Positions 57,420 to 64,000 of a DNA stretch of 64,000 nucleotides are shown piece by piece. The stretch spans positions 20,522,001 to 20,586,000 of the forward strand of contig OX597827.1 of the NCBI GenBank assembly GCA_951406725.2, given 5' to 3'. Positions within the stretch are counted from its first letter, which is position 1, and each line of letters begins with the position of its first letter. Under the pieces are notes generated by a model, which searched no databases, was not told the origin of the DNA, and saw only the letters and a list, made by a program, of their open reading frames with translations. Source of the stretch: Octopus vulgaris. Its lineage: Eukaryota. The position numbers and the translations under genes are program-made.

Positions 57420-58655
57420 GGATAAAGACCCTCTTCGGTCATGAATGACCATGGGATTGCACCTAGAAAGTTACCCTCTGAGGCACAAGTGTGGGTAAGT
57501 TTGTTTATGGAAGACCAGCAGTCGCTCATGCATACCACTGAGCCATGCACATTCACACACACTGTGTGTGTGTGTCTCTTTGTCTTAACATAACACAATA
57601 GTTGTAAATGAGTGCCACTGTCACATAAGCAGTGCTGTTTATTTCCAATGTTTTATGTAAAGCAAGGTAATATTAGGGGAATATTGCGTTACTTGGAAAC
57701 AGTTAAGGGTTAGCAAGAGGAAGGACCTCGAGTTGGAGAAAATCATAAGTTCAGTTACTGGCTGTGCAGTGTGTCTGTGGAGTACTCGACCACTTCTTGT
57801 TAATTTTACAAGCAGACTGTTTCATTGACCGGATCACCTGGAACCTTCATCATCGTAACTGATGGAGTGTCCCATCCAGGGACAATGTGGTAATGGTGGC
57901 AATAGCAGTGGAATTACGTATGGCTGGTGTATTTCTTTACATGGCAAACACTATTGAATGTATTCATCTGACTCTGATTTCTTCAGGTAAACTTATGATA
58001 AAGACTCAGGTGTAGTGTGCAAGAGAGAAGACTAAGTTGATAGAAAACTAAATGTATTCCAGAAAGATCACAAGGATCAACTGGCCGGAGGACCAGGTCA
58101 TAAAGGAAAAAATTTTGAGGAAAACGACATAACCACTGCAAGAGATTAAAACAGCAATTCCATTTGGCTGGCCACATTCTCGGTCTTTCTGGTCAACAGC
58201 ACTCAAGACACAAGCATAACTTTGGAATCACTGGATGACAGGTGTAAAAAGATTGGCATTTCAAAATGACCTGAAGATAAACATTGGAATAGATTTACAA
58301 GACTTACAGACAACCGAACCTGGTGGAAGCAGCTTGTTGCTGCTCAATGTGGTAAGCAGCACAGGACGACCTTTAAAGCTATTATGCACACACACACACA
58401 CGTGTGTGTGTGTACTCCTAAAGAGTATATTTATGAATTTTAGCCAAGACTGTAATATAGCATTGACTAAAATGTTCAGATAGACTCTGTACTCTTTTAC
58501 TTGTTTCAGTCATTTGACTGCGGCCATGCTGGAGCAGCGCCTTTAATCGAGCAACTCGACCCCGGGACTTATTCTTTGTAAGCCCAGTACTTATTCTATC
58601 GGTCTCTTTTGCTGAACTGCTAAGTGATGGGGACATAAACACGCCAGCATCGGTT

Positions 58656-58755
58656 NNNNNNNNNNNNNNNNNNNNNNNNNNNNNNNNNNNNNNNNNNNNN
58701 NNNNNNNNNNNNNNNNNNNNNNNNNNNNNNNNNNNNNNNNNNNNNNNNNNNNNNN
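58656..58755. other. Assembly gap (100 N)
   Basis: Run of n. Confidence 1.
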
Positions 58756-59252
58756 CTGCAAAATAGTTTTGAAATGGCATCAAGTACTTCCACTTTCCTT
58801 TAGCAATTTTTCGCGCCATAATTTTAAGCGGGGAACTTGTACGCCTCGATTTCGTGCGGAGAGAGATGGGGAGAGGGTGAATTTCTTTATTGCCAATAAG
58901 GGCATACATAGAAAAGCACAAATGAGGGCCCAGGGACAAACAACGGGCAGTCTTACAGGGGAAGGGGTAAAGGTGTTGGTGTTATAGAGGTTGAAGTATA
59001 CGTGTGGAATTGGGTGGTAGCAGCTTGCTTATTGCTGGAAACAGTGATTGGCGTTACTTTGAACAGTGCTCAAAGTAACCCCGCTGGATAAGCAAAGTGT
59101 GTGTGTGGGGGGGGGGCATGTCATGTTATACAAGGTTTTACAAAGATACCAAAGCTACAAAAACACTTCAATAGAAAATTATTAACTATTATTAACGTCA
59201 TATTATTAACGTCATAAACATGAAATCTGATGAAAACCGGTATGAAGTTAAA

Positions 59253-59295
<43 letters not shown>

Positions 59296-59298
59296 CTG

Positions 59299-59335
<37 letters not shown>

Positions 59336-59339
<4 letters not shown>

Positions 59340-59740
59340 AGTAGTTGAATGAATTATCCTAGTATGGATAATTCGGTTAACCGATACCCGGGTAGCAAAT
59401 TCACGTCAGAAAACACGGTTGAAGCTACATGCCAAGGGCAGAGATCACGTTCTTTCGTGTGGAAATTTGTGTGTTTTTTATAAATAAATGAAAGAATGGA
59501 GTTGAACGACGATTTAACAAAATTCCTTTATTCTCGACATATGTTTCGAAGACTGCATATTCTTAATTCCGAAGGAATAAAGGGTGCATTATGCCGCCTT
59601 CTCATCAGGAAAGACAAGGAACTTATGTCAGCATCATGACGAACAAAAACTTTTAGATGACTGCCCACACGGAGTCCATAGTGATAATGAGTGCTTCTTT
59701 AAAATATTCCGTTATAAGCAGTGACGTCAAAATTGGTTGA
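59336..59740 (-). mobile_element. ~400-bp hammerhead-containing element inserted in (TA)n
   Basis: Absent from the paralogous site at ~43610; homologous to 57083-57385. Confidence 0.7.
59531..59612 (-). ncRNA. Type I hammerhead ribozyme with canonical core
   Basis: UUUC-CUGAUGA-GAAGGCGGCAUA...UAUGCAGUCUUC-GAAA-CAUAUG-UC/GAGA: long stem II, palindromic stem III ACAUAUGU, GUC cleavage triplet. Confidence 0.8.
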
Positions 59741-59809
59741 ATATATATATAAATATATATATAAATACACCGATACATACATATACACACATACACATAT
59801 TCTACTTTT

Positions 59810-61560
59810 TGTGGTGTCTGTTCTTTCTCTTTCTTTCTTTTTTCTTGTGGGGAAATGGGGATGGGTGGGTTTGGTGTCTGTATGGGTAGGATGGGTCTGA
59901 GTGGTCTTGGATGGGATGGAGTTGGACTGAGGTACCACATCATACTCAGTGTCTTTTCTTTTTTCCTCTTTCTCCTTCTGCTCCCTGTAACTTTCCAATC
60001 TTCCTCCTTTTCTCTTTTCCTCCGTCTGTCTTTTCATCCTCTCTTTTCTCTTCCATCTCCAAAACTGTATCCTCAGCCATTGTCCTCTGTGGAGGGCAGT
60101 ATGCTCTAATGTGGCCCTTTTGGCCACATTTTAAACAACGTAGTACTCTGCCCTCTACCCACGCTCTCAGCACGATTTCCTTCAATGTTACCATCTCTAC
60201 CAAGTTCTCCAGGTGACCCTCCTCCGCCTGAATAATTTGTTGAAGTGTCCTTCCTTTCCACCCTCCTTCTTCTGTTTCTGTGGCTTGGGGGACAGCCACC
60301 TTCTCCTCGCTTCCAACAAGGACAGCTGCCGCTACCCAAGCCACTTCTATATCCGGTGGAATTGCTTCTACCCTCACCTTGGAAGTCTTTCTTCCAAGGT
60401 ATGTGGGCAGAAGCACTACTTCCTCTGTTTTCACCGCCACGTTCACCATCCTCCTCCACTCCTCTACTGTCCTAAATTGGACGACCATTGTCCCATATCT
60501 CCTTCCTTTAGTTATGTATATTATTTCTTTCGACTTCTCCTTTAGCGCCTTTTCCGTTTCAGCTTCCACCTGCTCGGCCTTTTTCCTTTTAGCGAGAACA
60601 CCTTATAGGTGATCGTTTTTCTCTACATCCGCTCCATAATTCCTTTGGTGGGCGACAACCTCACGTCCCCTCCCACCTTCTGTACCATCTTCTCATACTC
60701 CTTTAGACCAGCCAAGTCCAACTCTCTTCCTTTCATCTCCATGACCTCAGCAAAACTCCCTGTCTTCTCCAACACTTCGTCCATTTTTTTGACCGCCCTT
60801 ACCAGTTCCTCCTCTGTTGAAGACAACTCAGACCCGCTAAAGTCTGAGTACGTTGTCTCTATCCTTAAAGCAGCAACAAAAACCAACGTCCGACACAAAC
60901 GACAAACCAAATACACTCTGGGTGACACATGTATGTAAGCAAGCTACTTACCACACGTGGAAAAAGCTGCTTGGCATGCGGTGACCACACCTGCTCACCA
61001 TCCAGGTAGCGCCGGAGGTGTCTCAGCCTCAATGCATGCTTGCGCATCATCAGCCAAGGCATCCCCAGTCCACCCTTTAACGGTTTTTGACAGCAGATGT
61101 AGTGCCTCATATGTGGCGATTTCCTTGTTCACAAAGAGCTGAAAAGGATCCGTTCCATCTTGGTCATCCACAAACTGGGGCAAGGCACGACAGTCAGGCG
61201 GTAGGTTATCACAGCTGCTATAAACACCTGTGCAACCTTGGCCCTCCCTAGCAAGGATAACAGCCTCCCAGACCAGGCCTGGGTTATGGCCGTCGCCTTA
61301 CTCGCTACCTCACTTCAGTTCTTCTCCACCTGGAGATCTGATGCAAACCAGATTCTGAGCAATTTAACCAGACCCTCCGTCCAGCGTCCGACAATGCTAT
61401 CAGGAGGCATCGACTCGCCCCGCTAGGTTCCAAGATGCAAGTCGACTGATTTTTCCTGGTTAATTTTTGCCCCTGCCACCGCTTCGTATCCCTTGATGAA
61501 GTCTTCTACACGAGGTAACTGCCCTTCATCAGATACGATGACGGTAATATCATCCACATC
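59810..61560 (-). pseudogene. Tx1/L1-like ORF1 and ORF2 fragments (copy 2)
   Basis: CLKCGQKGHIRAYC knuckle; RT fragment as at 46545-47170. Confidence 0.75.
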
Positions 61561-61619
61561 TTTCTCTCTCACACACGTGCGCGCACAGACACAAAAAATC
61601 CTTATTTTGCTTTAACATC

Positions 61620-62570
61620 ATGACTCTATGCAACTGTTGCAATATCACTCTTTATGGAGAAGTTTTCCGTTTCCACGGTAAAAGTAATACTGCCATTACA
61701 TTTTTCATGGAACACCGTGTCCTGCCGTTTACCCACAATTCTCCTACATGTAATTTTCCATGCATTTTGCGCAAGGAAACGAATATTGGCGTTGCCGTAG
61801 GAAGGTACGAAGACGTCGCCAATCCAGAAGGGAGTGTGGATATTCTGAATCTTTATTAAAGAACGCCTTTCTGGAAAACACCCATATTATGCCTTGGAAG
61901 ACTTTGCTTTTCGTGAATCATTTCCTCAGCACAGCTTGGTCGCACACATTAATCGAGGTAAATCTCCGATTCCGCCGTAAAACCTCTAGATTGGCGGTCT
62001 TTCTGTGCTGAGGTCTGCCGGTTTTAGGCAGAAAAACCACCAAAATATGATCGAAGGAGATGGGGTTGAAATTGAGATCAATGAAACGGTTCTGGTTCAT
62101 CGAAAATATCAACGCAGCAGAATAACCAAAACGGTTTGGCTTTTTGGTAGACTGAAACGCTTGACGAAGAGAGCGTTTATGGGCCCACTTTTGACCGAAT
62201 GTGGCGAGGGCAACAGAAGTGATGCTGACACCCTCATTCCTATCATTAGATGCTACGTCAGGCCGGGATCAATAATTCATAGTGACTGTTGGCGTGCGTA
62301 TAGTAACTTGAGCAGCATGGGCAATACACACTATCAGGTTACTCACGCTGAACACTTTGTGGATCCTCCATAACCCAGCTATTCACACTCAGAATATTGA
62401 ACGTTTATGGGGAAGCCTGAATAAAGTGCATTGTTCGTCCTGGAATGAGACCGAAGTATCTCAAACAGTATGTAGTTAGGTTACTTTTTATACGAGCCAT
62501 CTCACCGCCAACTCAGCGATTTCGAGAAGTTTCTTTTGGAAGCTGGAAGACTGTACCAATGTTCCTGAGG
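61620..62570 (+). pseudogene. Merlin transposase pseudogene (copy 2)
   Basis: ORF 62005-62373 IEGDGVEIEINET..WLFG..TLIPII..IHSDCWRAY..HFVDP, then HTQNIERLW after a stop. Confidence 0.85.
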
Positions 62571-62826
62571 ACAGAAGAATTGGTTCTTGATGTTCAATCG
62601 CCCTTAACTTTTTTCTATCATGAAACGATATCAACACCATATTTATGAAACCATAAAGTGCACTTCCACACAATTCATATAAAAAAACCACGTCGGATTT
62701 CTCGCATGTAATCACTTACCCTGACCTCCTAATGTGCTGCAAACCCCCTTATTTTTCTTTCAAAAAAGATGGGGTAGGAAACTGGAACCCCACCTCTCTG
62801 AAATTATTCGAAAAAGTGCATAAATA

Positions 62827-62873
<47 letters not shown>

Positions 62874-63432
62874 GCAAGCCAAAAATTAAAAAAAAACATA
62901 AAGGACAAAACACACCTATACTCACTCACTCTCTCCCCCTCTCTGTCCACACGAAATCGAGGCGTAATAGTTCCTCACTTAAAATTTCGGCGCGAAAAAT
63001 TGCTAAAGGAAAGTGGAAGTACTTGATGCCATTTCAAAGCTTTTTTGCAGCTTAGGGCTTCTATATCCTGGGATATATGTATCCAGTAATTTTAGTAGGT
63101 AAGTAAAAGATTTTATTTTAATACACTTTGACTTGTTTCATACAAACACTGTCGTGGTTTTTTTTTTTTCTTGTCCAGACATCGTTACCACTAATTTTTA
63201 TAACTTCATTCGTTTATTATTCTTTTCAAACTTCTTTGATTTTTCAATCTCATGTAATCCACACTCAACAAAACGTATTTCTGCAAAATGTTATCTCAAA
63301 ATATGTATAAAGAAAGGGGGCTGATGCAGTTTCGCATCTCACCTTCAAAAGTGCATTTTTAAAGAAAGATTTCTTCGGAAACGTGTGTGTGTGTGTGTGT
63401 GTGTAGGAATATATGTATACATAATATATGTG

Positions 63433-63539
<107 letters not shown>

Positions 63540-63546
63540 TAGAGAG

Positions 63547-63577
<31 letters not shown>

Positions 63578-64000
63578 GATAGAGAGAGATAGAGATAGAT
63601 AGATAGACAGATATAGATAGATAGATAGGCAGGTAGATAGATAGATAGAGAGAGATAGAGAGATAGACAGATAGATACAGAGAGAGACAGAGAGAGAGAA
63701 AGTAATAACAAGTGAATGAGAATAACACAGGGAAGCGTTAAAAGAAGCGTAAAAATAATTGAAGATAAATGAAACAAAAATGAAGCTAAAACATTAAAAA
63801 TTCTTGAAAGTGGGTAGAAAAAATCACTACGTAGTGAAGTAGTACTACGCTAGGGTATCTGTAGAAAGTTGAATGTGACTTCGGAATATAACGAGGAAAA
63901 CCTCGGATCTTGTGAATTTTCCGAAGTGCTCTCCCCACCCCTTTGGAAAAGATTTTCCCTATAAACTTCTTAATAATCGTAATGTATGCCGTTTAAAACT

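Noticed and set aside
57960-58380. Possible LINE 3' coding relic
   Set aside because: Too degenerate to assign by eye
62005-62373. Bacterial IS1595 contamination or horizontal transfer
   Set aside because: Merlin is the established eukaryotic relative; the sequence is decayed and embedded in host microsatellites

Overview
Eukaryotic, AT-rich DNA dense in microsatellites and retroposons. The SINE/RTE families and repeat style look like an Octopus (coleoid cephalopod) genome (inferred). The first half holds the 3' part of a + strand, multi-exon RGS12/loco-like gene: 12 phase-consistent GT-AG coding exons from 5654 to 30578 encoding an RGS box, two Ras-binding domains and a C-terminal SFV PDZ-binding motif. 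No GoLoco motif was found. The rest is transposable-element debris: Gypsy, RTE, CR1/L2, R4-like, Penelope GIY-YIG, pogo, Helitron, Tx1/L1, Merlin, SINEs and MITEs. Two things stand out. (1) Several families of short hammerhead-ribozyme retroelements with Penelope-style inverted ends. One has a tRNA-derived Pol III head, and another copy of that family duplicated an RGS splice donor as its target site. (2) A ~8.6 kb composite unit with ~1.6 kb inverted arms enclosing a Merlin transposase and captured pogo and Tx1 fragments. It is present twice, and different elements sit in the same (TA)n tract in each copy. All calls come from reading the sequence by eye; no searches or folding programs were run.
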